Part shown: piece by piece, positions 1 through 9,537 of the stretch | Layout of the letters: every line of letters begins with the position of its first letter | How positions within the stretch are numbered: position 1 is the stretch's first letter | NCBI RefSeq assembly: GCF_050999895.1 | Contig: NZ_JBPCOU010000052.1 | Location: 20,021-84,020 of the forward strand | DNA: 64,000 nt | Direction: 5' to 3' | Origin: Methyloceanibacter sp. | GTDB lineage: Bacteria; Pseudomonadota; Alphaproteobacteria; Rhizobiales; Methyloligellaceae | Position numbers and translations under genes: made by a program | The notes under the pieces: model-generated | What the model was told of the DNA's origin: nothing | What the model saw: the letters and a program-made list of their open reading frames with translations, nothing else | Databases searched by the model: none

Positions 1-381
1 GCCGACCGCATGGAGAAGTTTTTTGCCTCCAATCCGGGCTTCCGTTCGCGCATCGCCCATCACATCAATTTTCCGGACTATAACGATGCTGAGCTGTTCG
101 ACATTGCGGGACTTCTGCTCGCCAAGATGAATTATCGCTTCAGCGCCGAGGGCAGCGAGGCCTTCAAGCGCTACATCGTGGCGCGCAAGCGCCAGCCGCA
201 TTTCGCCAATGGCCGCTCGATCCGCAATGCCCTCGACCGCGCGAGGCTGCGCCAGGCCAATCGCCTGGTCGCCAATCCCGATCCAAGCCTCACCGCCGAG
301 GCCTTGATGACCCTTGAGCCTGTCGACATTCTCACAAGCACGGTCTTCGAGATCGATCGCAAGGGCAAGGCTGCCTCATGA
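1..381 (+). CDS. cbbX: CbbX-type AAA+ ATPase (red-type RuBisCO activase), C-terminal fragment; 5' end outside window
   Basis: Frame open to window edge; C-terminal sequence [17 protein letters not shown]...[20 protein letters not shown] is CbbX-like; followed by rpe and gph as in cbb operons; ATGA overlap with rpe at 378-381. Confidence 0.8.
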   Translation, partial: ADRMEKFFASNPGFRSRIAHHINFPDYNDAELFDIAGLLLAKMNYRFSAEGSEAFKRYIVARKRQPHFANGRSIRNALDRARLRQANRLVANPDPSLTAEALMTLEPVDILTSTVFEIDRKGKAAS

Positions 382-1055
382 GCAGGGACATCATCATTGC
401 TCCCTCCATTCTCTCCGCCGATTTCGCGCGGCTTGGGGAAGAGGTGCGCGCCATCGATCAGGCCGGTTGCGACTGGATCCATGTCGATGTCATGGACGGC
501 CACTTCGTCCCCAACATCACCATCGGGCCCGATGTGGTGAAGGCGCTCCGCCCGCACTCGAAGAAAATCTTCGATGTGCATCTCATGATCGCGCCCTGCG
601 ACCCGTTCATCGAAGCCTTCGCTAAGGCCGGCTCCGACATCATTACGGTTCATGCCGAAGCTGGGCCGCATCTCGATCGCTCGCTGCAGCTCATCCGCGG
701 CCTCGGCAAGAAAGCCGGCGTCAGCATCACGCCGTCGACGCCGGAAACCGTGATTGAGTATGTGCTCGACAAGCTCGACCTCATTCTCGTCATGACGGTC
801 AATCCAGGCTTCGGCGGCCAGGCGTTCCTGCCGTCGCAACTGCCGAAGATCAGGGCGCTACGCAGCATGATCGGCGCGCGCCCCATCCATCTTGAGGTCG
901 ATGGCGGCATCAATGCCGAGACCGTGCCCCTCGTCGTCGAGGCCGGCGCCAATGCCATCGTCGCCGGTTCCGGCGTCTTCAAGGGCGGTGCCTATGCCGA
1001 AAATATCGCCGCCATTCGCGGCAATGCCGAGCGCGCCCGCGCCACCGCGGCGTGA
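378..1055 (+). CDS. rpe: ribulose-phosphate 3-epimerase
   Basis: 225 aa; [38 protein letters not shown] motifs. Confidence 0.93.
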   Translation: MSRDIIIAPSILSADFARLGEEVRAIDQAGCDWIHVDVMDGHFVPNITIGPDVVKALRPHSKKIFDVHLMIAPCDPFIEAFAKAGSDIITVHAEAGPHLDRSLQLIRGLGKKAGVSITPSTPETVIEYVLDKLDLILVMTVNPGFGGQAFLPSQLPKIRALRSMIGARPIHLEVDGGINAETVPLVVEAGANAIVAGSGVFKGGAYAENIAAIRGNAERARATAA

Positions 1056-1756
1056 CCTTGGATAGAGCGTGGCCAAAGGCGGTCGTCTTCGATCTCGACG
1101 GCACCCTCGTCGACACCAACGCCGATCTCACCGTTGCACTCAATGTGACTTTGGCGGAGCTCGGTCTTCCCGAACACCCGGAGCACGCCGTGCGCAAGAT
1201 GGTCGGAGGAGGGCTCTCGCTGCTGCTCGACCGGGCGCTCGCGGCCCACGATGTCTCGCTCGGAGAAGAAGCGAAGGTCGCAATGGAAGCGCGCCTCTTC
1301 GAACATTACGCCGCAAATCCAGCTTCCCTGTCGCGTCTTTATCCTCATGCGGCGGAGACGCTGCGTGATTTGCAAGCTCTTGGCATCGCCTGCGGTATCT
1401 GCACCAATAAGCCGCACGCCATGAGCCGCGACGTGTTGCGCGCGGTCGGCGTCCTCGATGTCTTTGCGTGTCTGCAATGCGGCGACAGCGATCTGCCCAA
1501 GAAGCCGGATGCACGCGGCCTCCTCAGGCTCGTTGACGCCCTGGGAGCGGAGCCGTCCTCCACTTTCATGGTGGGCGATAGCATCACGGACGTAAAGACC
1601 GCGCGCGCCGCCAATCTCGGCGCGGTGGTGCTGGTCTCTTATGGTTATACCGCCGAGCCTGCGGCCGAACTCGGCGCCGACTTGGTCATCGATCGCCTCG
1701 ACGAGCTGCCGCAGGCTTTTGCCGGCCTCATGCCTCGCAAAGCGAGCTTTACTTGA
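1052..1756 (+). CDS. gph: phosphoglycolate phosphatase (HAD family, CbbZ/Gph)
   Basis: HAD motif [13 protein letters not shown] and VGDSITDV; position after cbbX-rpe; GTGA overlap with rpe stop. Confidence 0.85.
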   Translation: MTLDRAWPKAVVFDLDGTLVDTNADLTVALNVTLAELGLPEHPEHAVRKMVGGGLSLLLDRALAAHDVSLGEEAKVAMEARLFEHYAANPASLSRLYPHAAETLRDLQALGIACGICTNKPHAMSRDVLRAVGVLDVFACLQCGDSDLPKKPDARGLLRLVDALGAEPSSTFMVGDSITDVKTARAANLGAVVLVSYGYTAEPAAELGADLVIDRLDELPQAFAGLMPRKASFT

Positions 1757-1840
1757 CGCTAACGTGATCCCTAAACGCTTGCGGGCACGGGTTAAATCCT
1801 CAAGGTGAGGATCGGCCGCCCAGCAGGCCTAAGGTGGTGT

Positions 1841-2575
1841 ATGGACGTTTCTTATGTCGGCGCGCTGATCGCGGGGCTCTTGAGCTTCCTGTCGCCCTGC
1901 GTCCTGCCATTGGTGCCGCCTTATTTGTGCTTCCTCGGCGGCACGACCTTCGACCAGCTTACGGGCGAGGACGAAACGCCCAACCACGTCTATTCCACCG
2001 TCGTTCTGTCGGCTGTGGCGTTCGTGCTTGGCTTCACCACGGTGTTCGTGGCCCTCGGCGCCACCGCCACGGCTGCCGGCCAGCTGCTCGCCGAGAACCT
2101 TCTGATCCTGAGCAAGATCGCCGGCGTTATTATCATCATCGCGGGCCTGCATTTTCTCGGTGTCGTTCACATTCCGCTCCTGCACCGCGAGGCGCGCTAT
2201 CACGCCGAGGCGCGGCCCGCCGGCCTCGTCGGCGCCTATCTCATCGGCATTGCCTTCGCCTTTGGCTGGACGCCCTGTATCGGGCCGGTGCTCGCCGCCA
2301 TCCTCGCGCTCGCAGCGGGCCAGGACTCGATCAGCCAGGGCGTGAGTCTCTTGCTCGTCTACTCCTTAGGCCTCGGCCTTCCTTTCATCGCCGCCGCGGT
2401 GGCGATCAAGCCGTTCATGAGCACGTTGCAGCGCTACCGCCGTCACCTCTCCATCATGGAGAAAGTGCTCGGCGCCTTCCTCGTGCTCACCGGTATCCTC
2501 TTCCTCACCAATTCCATGACGTTGATTGCGGGCTGGCTCATCGAGTGGTTTCCCGCTCTGGCGACGATCGGCTGA
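1841..2575 (+). CDS. ccdA: cytochrome c biogenesis thiol:disulfide transporter CcdA (DsbD-like membrane domain)
   Basis: Polytopic membrane protein with LSFLSPCVLPLVPPYL and GWTPCIGP Cys motifs; ATG 1841 preceded by AAGGTGG (track ORF starts at 1805). Confidence 0.85.
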   Translation: MDVSYVGALIAGLLSFLSPCVLPLVPPYLCFLGGTTFDQLTGEDETPNHVYSTVVLSAVAFVLGFTTVFVALGATATAAGQLLAENLLILSKIAGVIIIIAGLHFLGVVHIPLLHREARYHAEARPAGLVGAYLIGIAFAFGWTPCIGPVLAAILALAAGQDSISQGVSLLLVYSLGLGLPFIAAAVAIKPFMSTLQRYRRHLSIMEKVLGAFLVLTGILFLTNSMTLIAGWLIEWFPALATIG

Positions 2576-2619
2576 CGCAGGCCTTTCGCTTGCTCCCAAA
2601 GCCGCCGATAGTGCCGCCA

Positions 2620-3429
2620 ATGACCGCAATCGCACTCACCATTGCCGGCTCGGATTCCTCTGGCGGCGCCGGTATACAGGCCGATCTCAAGACCTTCGCG
2701 GCCCTCGGCGTCTATGGCGCGAGCGCCATTACCGCGCTCACGGCGCAGAATACGCTCGGCGTTCAAGGCGTCTTCGAAGTGCCTCCCGACTTCGTGCGCG
2801 AGCAGATGAGGTCTGTTGCGACGGACTTCGATGTCCTGGCCATCGAGATCGGCATGCTGGCAACGAGTGCGGTCATCGCCGCCGTCGCGGAGGGATTGGA
2901 GAATTTCCCCGATGTGCCGGTCGTGCTCGATCCGGTCATGGTTGCCGCGAGCGGCGATCTCTTGCTCGAGGCGAGCGCCATCGAAACGCTTCGCCTGCGC
3001 CTGCTCCGGCTCGCGACCCTGGTCACGCCGAATTTGGCTGAGGCCGCAGTGTTGACGGGGGGAAGGGTGGCCGAGCGCGTAGAGGAGATGAAGGCCCAAG
3101 CCCTGAAGCTTCGTGCCGTCGGCGCGCCTGCGGTCCTCGTGAAGGGGGGCCACGCTGAAAGTACCGTCGCCGTGGACATCTATCTCGATGCCGAAGGAGA
3201 GTTGCAGCTTGAGGCGCCGCGCATTGCCACCACCAACACGCACGGCACCGGCTGCACGCTATCGGCCGCGATTGCCGCCGAGCTCGCCAAGGGCGCGCCG
3301 CTGCGGGAGGCCGTGACGACGGCCAAGACCTACATCACCGCCGCTCTAAAGGGCGCGGACTCGCTCCATATCGGCAAGGGCAGGGGCCCGGTTCACCATT
3401 TTCACGGTTTCTGGCCCAAGCAATCATAG
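2620..3429 (+). CDS. thiD: hydroxymethylpyrimidine/phosphomethylpyrimidine kinase
   Basis: MTAIALTIAGSDSSGGAGIQADLKT..., GTGCTLSAAIAA; is the 3' 270 codons of track ORF 1834..3429. Confidence 0.9.
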   Translation: MTAIALTIAGSDSSGGAGIQADLKTFAALGVYGASAITALTAQNTLGVQGVFEVPPDFVREQMRSVATDFDVLAIEIGMLATSAVIAAVAEGLENFPDVPVVLDPVMVAASGDLLLEASAIETLRLRLLRLATLVTPNLAEAAVLTGGRVAERVEEMKAQALKLRAVGAPAVLVKGGHAESTVAVDIYLDAEGELQLEAPRIATTNTHGTGCTLSAAIAAELAKGAPLREAVTTAKTYITAALKGADSLHIGKGRGPVHHFHGFWPKQS

Positions 3430-4289
3430 GCAGGACCGGAGTTCCATTCCTCGGCCTGCACCGTCAGGCGCTGCTCGCCGAGACCCGAGATCGAGAGGCG
3501 GAGCTGGTCGCCAGGCTTCAGGAACACGCGGGGCTTGCGCGCCATGCCGACACCGGGCGGCGTCCCGGTGGTGATGACGTCGCCCGGAACCAGCGTCATG
3601 TATTTGCTGATATAACTCACGAGCTGCGCGACGCTGAAGATCATGGTGGAGGTGGAGCCTGTCTGCATGGGCTCGCCATTGAGGTCGAGGCTCAGATCGA
3701 GCGCCTGGGGATACGGGATCTCGTCCTTGGTGACGAGCCATGGACCCAGCGGACCGAAGCTGTCATGGCTCTTGGCCTTTATCCATTCGCCCGGTCCGCC
3801 GACTTGGAGACTACGCTCGGAGACGTCGTTGCAGATGGCGTAGCCGGCGACGTGATTGAGCGCGTCACCTTCCGCAATGTTCTTCGCGCGGCTGCCGATC
3901 ACGACCGCAAGCTCGACCTCGAAATCCATGCGCTCCCAACCCTTGGGCGCAAGCACCGGATCGTAGGGCCCCGACACGCAGGAACTCGCCTTGGCAAACA
4001 CGATCGGGACTTCGGGGATCGGCATGCCGGTCTCCTCGGCATGATCGCGATAGTTGAGACCGATGCCGAAGAATTTCGGCACGACTCCGACCGGCGCTCC
4101 GATTCTGGAATCGGCGCTCACGAGAGGGAGTGTTGCCGGATCCAATGCCGCGAGACGCTTCAGACTGTCGGATCCGAGCGCGTCTCCCGCGAGGTCACCG
4201 ATAACACCGGAAAGGTCCCGAATTCCCCCGCTTTGATCTATAATTCCCGGCTTTTCCGCACCAATTTCGCCATATCTCAGCAGTTTCAT
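3402..4289 (-). CDS. fumarylacetoacetate hydrolase (FAH) family protein
   Basis: GLNYRDHAEE, FEVELAVVIG, PGDVITTGTPPGVG motifs; start taken at MKLLRY (ATG 4289); 3' end overlaps thiD convergently. Confidence 0.8.
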   Translation of the reverse strand: MKLLRYGEIGAEKPGIIDQSGGIRDLSGVIGDLAGDALGSDSLKRLAALDPATLPLVSADSRIGAPVGVVPKFFGIGLNYRDHAEETGMPIPEVPIVFAKASSCVSGPYDPVLAPKGWERMDFEVELAVVIGSRAKNIAEGDALNHVAGYAICNDVSERSLQVGGPGEWIKAKSHDSFGPLGPWLVTKDEIPYPQALDLSLDLNGEPMQTGSTSTMIFSVAQLVSYISKYMTLVPGDVITTGTPPGVGMARKPRVFLKPGDQLRLSISGLGEQRLTVQAEEWNSGPAYDCLGQKP

Positions 4290-4416
4290 CGATCTTTTCC
4301 TTGACGCAATTTTTCTGCATGATGCACACCGGTGCCTGGGCGGCAACAGTCCGCGATTGAATCTGACCATCGGTCAGGCTAACCATCTCCACGAATCAAA
4401 CCAGAGGGATAGGCTT

Positions 4417-4929
4417 ATGGGACCTCGCTTGTTTTCGCCCTTCATCAGCAACGCCATGCCGCTCGCAGCGATCCTGCTTGTCGCGGTCTGCGCGTTGCCG
4501 GTTGGAGCGGCATCCAAAAACCCGTTCGATCAGCTCAAAGGCTATTGGTCGGGCGCCGGCACCGTGACTCCGATCAATGGGAAGGCCGAGAAGGTCAGTT
4601 GCAAGGTGACCTATAGCGTCACCGGCGCCGACGTTTCGCAGAACATCCGCTGCGCCGGCACCGACTACAAGTTCAACACCGCCTCCAAGCTCACCTATAA
4701 CGCCGGCAAGATTAGCGGTTCGTGGAAGGAGAACACCTACGACGCCGCGGGCGCCGTCACCGGAACCGCGAGCGGCGAGACGGTGCATGCGCGTATCAGC
4801 GGCGACAAATTTTCCGGCCGCATGAGCATCAGCATCAAGGGTGGTAAAGCCCATTCCATCAATATCGTCCAACTCGACCGCAAGTCCGGCGCCTATCGGC
4901 CGGTGGCGAACGTCTCTGTGCGCCGCTGA
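4417..4929 (+). CDS. hypothetical exported protein
   Basis: 170 aa; N-terminal signal-like segment MPLAAILLVAVCALPVGAAS; high GC3; no family recognised. Confidence 0.6.
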   Translation: MGPRLFSPFISNAMPLAAILLVAVCALPVGAASKNPFDQLKGYWSGAGTVTPINGKAEKVSCKVTYSVTGADVSQNIRCAGTDYKFNTASKLTYNAGKISGSWKENTYDAAGAVTGTASGETVHARISGDKFSGRMSISIKGGKAHSINIVQLDRKSGAYRPVANVSVRR

Positions 4930-4954
4930 CGCACGCAAGGGAACTGACGCGTTT

Positions 4955-5006
4955 GAGAGCCGCCCTTGAGTCGCCAGAAGTGAGTTCAACGGCGGCTCTC
5001 ATTTTA
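4955..5006 (+). terminator. putative terminator hairpin downstream of 4417..4929
   Basis: GAGAGCCGCC (4955-4964) pairs with GGCGGCTCTC (4991-5000), followed by ATTTTAT; loop is large (26 nt). Confidence 0.35.
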
Positions 5007-5324
5007 TCAAGGCCCAGCCTGCTTCTGCCAATCGGCTCTCGGAAAGCCTCAACGGTGATTCCTGCCCGTTGCGGAACTGCAACAGCGTTCTGAAAAGTTC
5101 GGTGCATTCTGGGCCGCACGGGCCTCGTCACGTGGCAGCCTCAAATGCAGACCCTGCTGGGTGCCCCTGGACCGCGTATCACTAATTCATTGATTTTATT
5201 AAATAAACTGCAGTACGAGCGCCACGCATTAGCCTCTTTTGCATTTCCGCAACAGTCTCGGACGGTTTTACGCGATCGGCGTCCGCAAACTTGAAGGTCG
5301 AAGGTCGGCTGGGTTATCTTGCAT

Positions 5325-5514
5325 CACAAAGAGGGAGGGGGCTGGGGGGCTTCTTTTCTCGGGGGCAGAGAGCTTAGGGGGACCTGGGACACTCTGAAGA
5401 GCACGGCTCAGGAATTATTGGGGGGGCGAGCCGAGCCCGACTTGAAGGAATTCCTTCTGAGTTCGGCTCGTTTCGCAGGGAAAACCGGCCCGGTTTACCG
5501 GGCCGGTTTTTTTT
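5325..5514 (+). ncRNA. candidate orphan small RNA, G-tract rich (family not recognised)
   Basis: TTGAAG (5291-5296) / TTATCT (5314-5319) promoter-like pair; seven G3-G7 runs between 5333 and 5426; long hairpin 5427-5470; strong terminator 5485-5514; no plausible CDS. Confidence 0.3.
5481..5514. terminator. bidirectional intrinsic terminator
   Basis: AAAA + CCGGCCCGG (5485-5493) loop TTTA CCGGGCCGG (5498-5506) + T8 (5507-5514); serves the minus-strand kinase gene ending at 5522 and any plus-strand transcript. Confidence 0.75.
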
Positions 5515-5521
5515 GTCCCCA

Positions 5522-6388
5522 CTAGAACCCAAGCCGGCCGAGCGTGCTGTCGACACCGTCGAGATAGCCCGCGCCGAACAGGCGCACATGCACGAGCCCG
5601 GGATACAGATTGTAAATCCCGCAGCGCACCTCGTGAAACCCCGGCTCTAACGGCAGCACACTCTCGTAATGCTCGAAGAAGGCGCGCCCGAACGTGCCGA
5701 ACATCGTGCCGAACGCGAGTTCGATTTCCGGATGACCGCAATAGATGGCGGGATCGACGAAGCCTGCGACGCGCCCGCCGCGGACCAGCACATTCCCGGT
5801 CCAAAGATCGCCGTGGAGCAGACTGGGGTGAAGCGGCTCGAGCAGGAATGCCTCCAGCCGCTCGGCCAGGTGGTCGATTCGCGCCAAGAGCGGCGCCGGC
5901 AGACTGCCCTCCGCATGCGCCTTTCGCGCCATTGCCATAAGCCGATGGTCGCGGAAGAACGGAATCCAGCGATCCGATAGCGGGTTCTCCTGTGGCAGCG
6001 GTCCGATAAGCGTGTCGCGCTCATAGCCGAAGGAGGCCCGTGGCGTGGCGTGCAGGCCAGCGATGAGCTCCGCGGCATGGCGCTCGACGCCGGGCGTGAT
6101 GCCTCCACCGTCAGTCTCAATGAAATCCATCACGAGGAGATCGGGTGCAGCAAACAGAACGCGAGGCACCGGCAGCGCGGACTGCCGGCTGAGCTCTTCG
6201 AGCATGTAAGCTTCCAGCGTAAGGTCGGCATCAACGCCTCGCGCTCTTGCCTTCACCGCCACCTTCCGGCCATCGGCAAGTTGCGCAGACAAGCCGATCA
6301 GACCGAAGCCGACGGGGAGGCGCCCCTCTTGGAAGATGCGTGCGCCAACGACCTCTTCGAGCCGTCGCCTCAGTCCGGCGTCAGCCAT
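5522..6388 (-). CDS. fructosamine kinase family protein (APH-like kinase fold)
   Basis: 288 aa; LLHGDLWTGNVL catalytic-loop motif and overall layout typical of the fructosamine-3-kinase family. Confidence 0.8.
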   Translation of the reverse strand: MADAGLRRRLEEVVGARIFQEGRLPVGFGLIGLSAQLADGRKVAVKARARGVDADLTLEAYMLEELSRQSALPVPRVLFAAPDLLVMDFIETDGGGITPGVERHAAELIAGLHATPRASFGYERDTLIGPLPQENPLSDRWIPFFRDHRLMAMARKAHAEGSLPAPLLARIDHLAERLEAFLLEPLHPSLLHGDLWTGNVLVRGGRVAGFVDPAIYCGHPEIELAFGTMFGTFGRAFFEHYESVLPLEPGFHEVRCGIYNLYPGLVHVRLFGAGYLDGVDSTLGRLGF

Positions 6389-6487
6389 GCGTTGCCGCCA
6401 GTCTCAAGCGCGCGATGTCACAAGGCTGATACAAACGCAGTCTAAGTCCCGGCTCTAGGATGTTGATAAACAAAGGATGCTGGGGAC

Positions 6488-7294
6488 GTGCAGCATAACG
6501 CTCTGACGAGGCAATACCGCGCGATCTTCGTCTCGGATCTTCACCTAGGCACCAAAGCCTGCCAAGCCGAAGCCTTCCTTGAATTTCTCCGCCACTGCGA
6601 TACCCCGCGGATCTATCTTATCGGCGACATCGTCGATTTCTGGCGCATCCGCCGCGGCGTCTACTGGCCGCAATCCCACAACGATGTGTTGCAGAAGCTT
6701 TTGCGCAAGGCGCGCAAAGGCACCGATCTCATCCTGATTCCCGGCAATCACGACGAGGTCATGCGTGACTATTGCGGCGTTGTCTTTGGCGCGATCGCGA
6801 TCGAGCGCAACACCATTCACGTCGGTGCCGACGGACGCCGCTATCTCATCATGCACGGCGACGAGTTCGACGTGGTGGTGCGCTATGCCAAATGGCTCGC
6901 TCTGTTCGGAGATTGGAGTTACGCGCTCGCGCTTTGGGCCAACACCCATTTCAATGGCGTCCGGCGCTGGCTCGGCATGCCGTATTGGTCGCTATCGGCC
7001 TATCTCAAGCACAAGGTCAAACGTGCGGTGAACTATATCGGCGAATTCGAGACCGCGCTGGCGCAGGAGGCACGACGCCATGACGCGCAAGGGGTGATCT
7101 GCGGCCACATCCATCATGCCGCCATCCGCATGGTTGGCGACGTCCTCTACATCAACACCGGCGACTGGGTCGAGAGCTGCACTGCGGTGGGGGAGACGGA
7201 GGATGGAACCTTCGAGATCATCCGCTGGACCGAGATCTCATTTGGCCAGGATGTGGGGGCTTCCCTTGTCGAGGAGCTTGAGGCGGCTGCCTGA
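6488..7294 (+). CDS. LpxH-family metallophosphoesterase (UDP-2,3-diacylglucosamine diphosphatase-like)
   Basis: IFVSDLHLG, LIGDIVDFW, IPGNHDE, GHIHH calcineurin-like motifs; GTG start. Confidence 0.75.
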   Translation: MQHNALTRQYRAIFVSDLHLGTKACQAEAFLEFLRHCDTPRIYLIGDIVDFWRIRRGVYWPQSHNDVLQKLLRKARKGTDLILIPGNHDEVMRDYCGVVFGAIAIERNTIHVGADGRRYLIMHGDEFDVVVRYAKWLALFGDWSYALALWANTHFNGVRRWLGMPYWSLSAYLKHKVKRAVNYIGEFETALAQEARRHDAQGVICGHIHHAAIRMVGDVLYINTGDWVESCTAVGETEDGTFEIIRWTEISFGQDVGASLVEELEAAA

Positions 7295-8376
7295 TGCGGG
7301 TCCTTGTCGCCACCGATGCCTGGCGTCCCCAGGTCAATGGGGTCGTGCGCACCTATGAGCGTCTGGCCCAAGAGGCCGCAAAGTTTGGCATCCACTTCAG
7401 CTGCCTCGCGCCGACCGCGTTCCGTACGCTGTCCTGTCCCACCTATCCGGAGATCCCTCTTGCGCTCGCAAGTCCGCGGGCCATCGCGCGCCATATCGAA
7501 GCAGCGCTCCCCGATTTCATCCACATCGCCACGGAGGGGCCGATCGGGCTGATGGCCAGGGCTTATTGCCGTAAGAGGGGAAGGCCGTTCACGACGAGCT
7601 ATCACACCCGCTTCCCGGAATATTTCGCCGCCCGGCTGCCGGTGCCTAAATCCTGGTGCTACGGGGTGCAGCGGTGGTTTCATAACGGCGCTGCCGCAAC
7701 CTTTGTCGCGACGCGCTCGGTCGCCAGTGAGCTTGAAGCGCGCGGCTTTCGGAAGTTGATGCCCTGGTCGCGGGGCGTCGATACCGAACTGTACCGGCCG
7801 CGCGAAGTCCGTCAGTTTGGAGCAGGGCCGGTCTTTCTCTATGTCGGCCGGATCGCGGTCGAGAAGAACATCGAAGCGTTTCTCAATCTCAGTCTGCCAG
7901 GACGCAAAGTCCTGGTGGGCAGCGGACCGCAATTGTCGGAGCTCCGCCACCGCTTTCCCGATGCGCTCTTCACGGGACATCGGGAGGGGGAAGATCTGGC
8001 GCTCGCCTATGCGTCTGCCGACGTGTTCGTCTTCCCAAGTCTCACTGACACGTTTGGATTGGTTCTTCTGGAGGCGCTGGCGTCCGGCATCCCCGTCGCC
8101 GCCTACCCTGTGAGCGGCCCGAAAGACGTCGTGACGGATTTTCGTGCGGGCGCGCTCGACCCCGATCTCGGGGCCGCGGCGCTCCGGGCGCTGTCGCTCG
8201 ACAGCGACGCGGCACGAGCCCACGCCCTTACCTACGGCTGGGAACAGTCCGCGCGGCAATTCGTCGACAATATGCTTGCGGCCCAGGACTCAGGTGAGTG
8301 GGAGCGGGAAGGGCGCCGTTGGCAACGCAAAAAGAAAGCGGCCCGATTGGGGGGAATCGGGCCGCTTCAATTCTAA
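7294..8376 (+). CDS. glycosyltransferase family 4 (GT-B fold)
   Basis: 360 aa; MRVLVATDAWRPQVNGVV N-terminus and C-terminal FVFPSLTDTFGLVLLEALASGIPV (E-X7-E-like) motif; start abuts the stop of the upstream gene. Confidence 0.8.
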   Translation: MRVLVATDAWRPQVNGVVRTYERLAQEAAKFGIHFSCLAPTAFRTLSCPTYPEIPLALASPRAIARHIEAALPDFIHIATEGPIGLMARAYCRKRGRPFTTSYHTRFPEYFAARLPVPKSWCYGVQRWFHNGAAATFVATRSVASELEARGFRKLMPWSRGVDTELYRPREVRQFGAGPVFLYVGRIAVEKNIEAFLNLSLPGRKVLVGSGPQLSELRHRFPDALFTGHREGEDLALAYASADVFVFPSLTDTFGLVLLEALASGIPVAAYPVSGPKDVVTDFRAGALDPDLGAAALRALSLDSDAARAHALTYGWEQSARQFVDNMLAAQDSGEWEREGRRWQRKKKAARLGGIGPLQF

Positions 8377-8512
8377 TGCGTCAGTTTGGGGGACGCTTTT
8401 GGGGGATTCGCGTCCACCCAGAGATGGTTAGCATCCGCGCCAGTTTCAAGAGCATGATTCAAAATCTGCGCAAGGCCGCAGTAAGTCCATTGAAATACCG
8501 CGAAAAAAATTT

Positions 8513-9466
8513 TTATCCGAATAGTGCCGCCCGCTTCACCGCATGCAGCTTGGCGAGGGTCAGGGGCTCCGGCTCGAACCGATTGACCTCCTCGTTCGCC
8601 GGTCGCGAAGCCGCCGGCTCGCGTTCCGCGAACGCGGCTGTCTCACCCGGGGCAACCGGCTCAACCGCTGGCTTATGCGCCGGCCAAATTTCCTCAGCCA
8701 CCAGCATGGCATCGACATCGTTCTGATTGAGGCCATCGCCGCGGAGCTGCGGACCTCGCAGGAGCGGATCGATTTCGCCTGTGGCCGTCTGCTCGAACTC
8801 CGACAGCTTCGACGAGAGCTCACCGACCTTGAAGGCGATATCGTCGACGCCCCAGATCTGGATCATCGCGTTGATACGCTGCTCGATGAAGCGAAGCGTC
8901 TTCACGATTTTCGCCGTCCGCTGCCCGGTGATGTCTTGGAGCGAGCAGGCGGTGTAGATCTCGGTGGCGCGCTGATCGACCCTGTCGCAAAGCGCGATCT
9001 CGATGCCTTTCTCGCGCAAGGTCCAGGCGACTTCCTGGATATCTTCCGCGGCACCGAGAATCTCAGACGTTGCCTTTTCCGTCGCCTCGACGATGTGATC
9101 CAATTCTTCCGATGCGGTGACGAGCTGTTTGTCAAACTGATGCGGCGGTCTGATTTGCGCAATCTCACGCCGCGTGCGCGAGATCGCCTCGCTCATTTGC
9201 ACGAGCTCGTCGAAGACTTGGCTCGCATGGATGGCGTGAACCTGCTGTTGCGGCTTGGTCACCGCGACCTCAAGCCTGGCGATGGCGTTCAGCAGCAAAT
9301 CGGTCTCGGCCGATCTGTTGCGGCGCAGATATTCGGCGAGGAACCAGCGGCCGCGCGGAGAATCGAGGAGCGCCGCCTCTATCGCGGCGAAGTTGGCGGC
9401 CAGCCCTTCTTTGCGCGGGGCTGCTTGCGGCGATGGTGCTGGGCCGTTTGGTGCTCGTTCCGGCAT
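8513..9466 (-). CDS. CheZ-family protein phosphatase-like protein with N-terminal extension
   Basis: SLQDITGQRTAKIV resembles the CheZ active-site FQDLTGQ; C-terminal LLRGPQ...NQNDVDAML resembles the CheZ LLNGPQ...QDQVDDLL tail. Confidence 0.6.
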   Translation of the reverse strand: MPERAPNGPAPSPQAAPRKEGLAANFAAIEAALLDSPRGRWFLAEYLRRNRSAETDLLLNAIARLEVAVTKPQQQVHAIHASQVFDELVQMSEAISRTRREIAQIRPPHQFDKQLVTASEELDHIVEATEKATSEILGAAEDIQEVAWTLREKGIEIALCDRVDQRATEIYTACSLQDITGQRTAKIVKTLRFIEQRINAMIQIWGVDDIAFKVGELSSKLSEFEQTATGEIDPLLRGPQLRGDGLNQNDVDAMLVAEEIWPAHKPAVEPVAPGETAAFAEREPAASRPANEEVNRFEPEPLTLAKLHAVKRAALFG

Positions 9467-9537
9467 AGTACGACGCTAGCCTGATTCGGGGATAGGGACC
9501 CAGCGTAGTGGCGAAACGACTAGGGATTCGTTAACTG

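Noticed and set aside
1834-3429. 531-aa ORF, the longest plus-strand ORF in this area
   Set aside because: It is a composite. Only the last 270 codons (from ATG 2620) are ThiD. The first 260 codons are an Arg/Pro-rich alternate frame of ccdA, as is usual in GC-rich DNA.
5319-5525. 68-aa ORF covering the G-rich region
   Set aside because: It has a TTG start, a Gly-rich nonsense-like sequence, and runs straight through a hairpin and the intrinsic terminator. It is better explained as non-coding RNA.
8384-8394. Shared 11-mer GTTTGGGGGAC here and at 31930..31940 (with a similar TAGGGGGAC at 5375..5383) as a possible dispersed element
   Set aside because: In 64 kb, hundreds of coincidental 11-mer pairs are expected. 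The flanks do not align, so there is no evidence for a repeat family.
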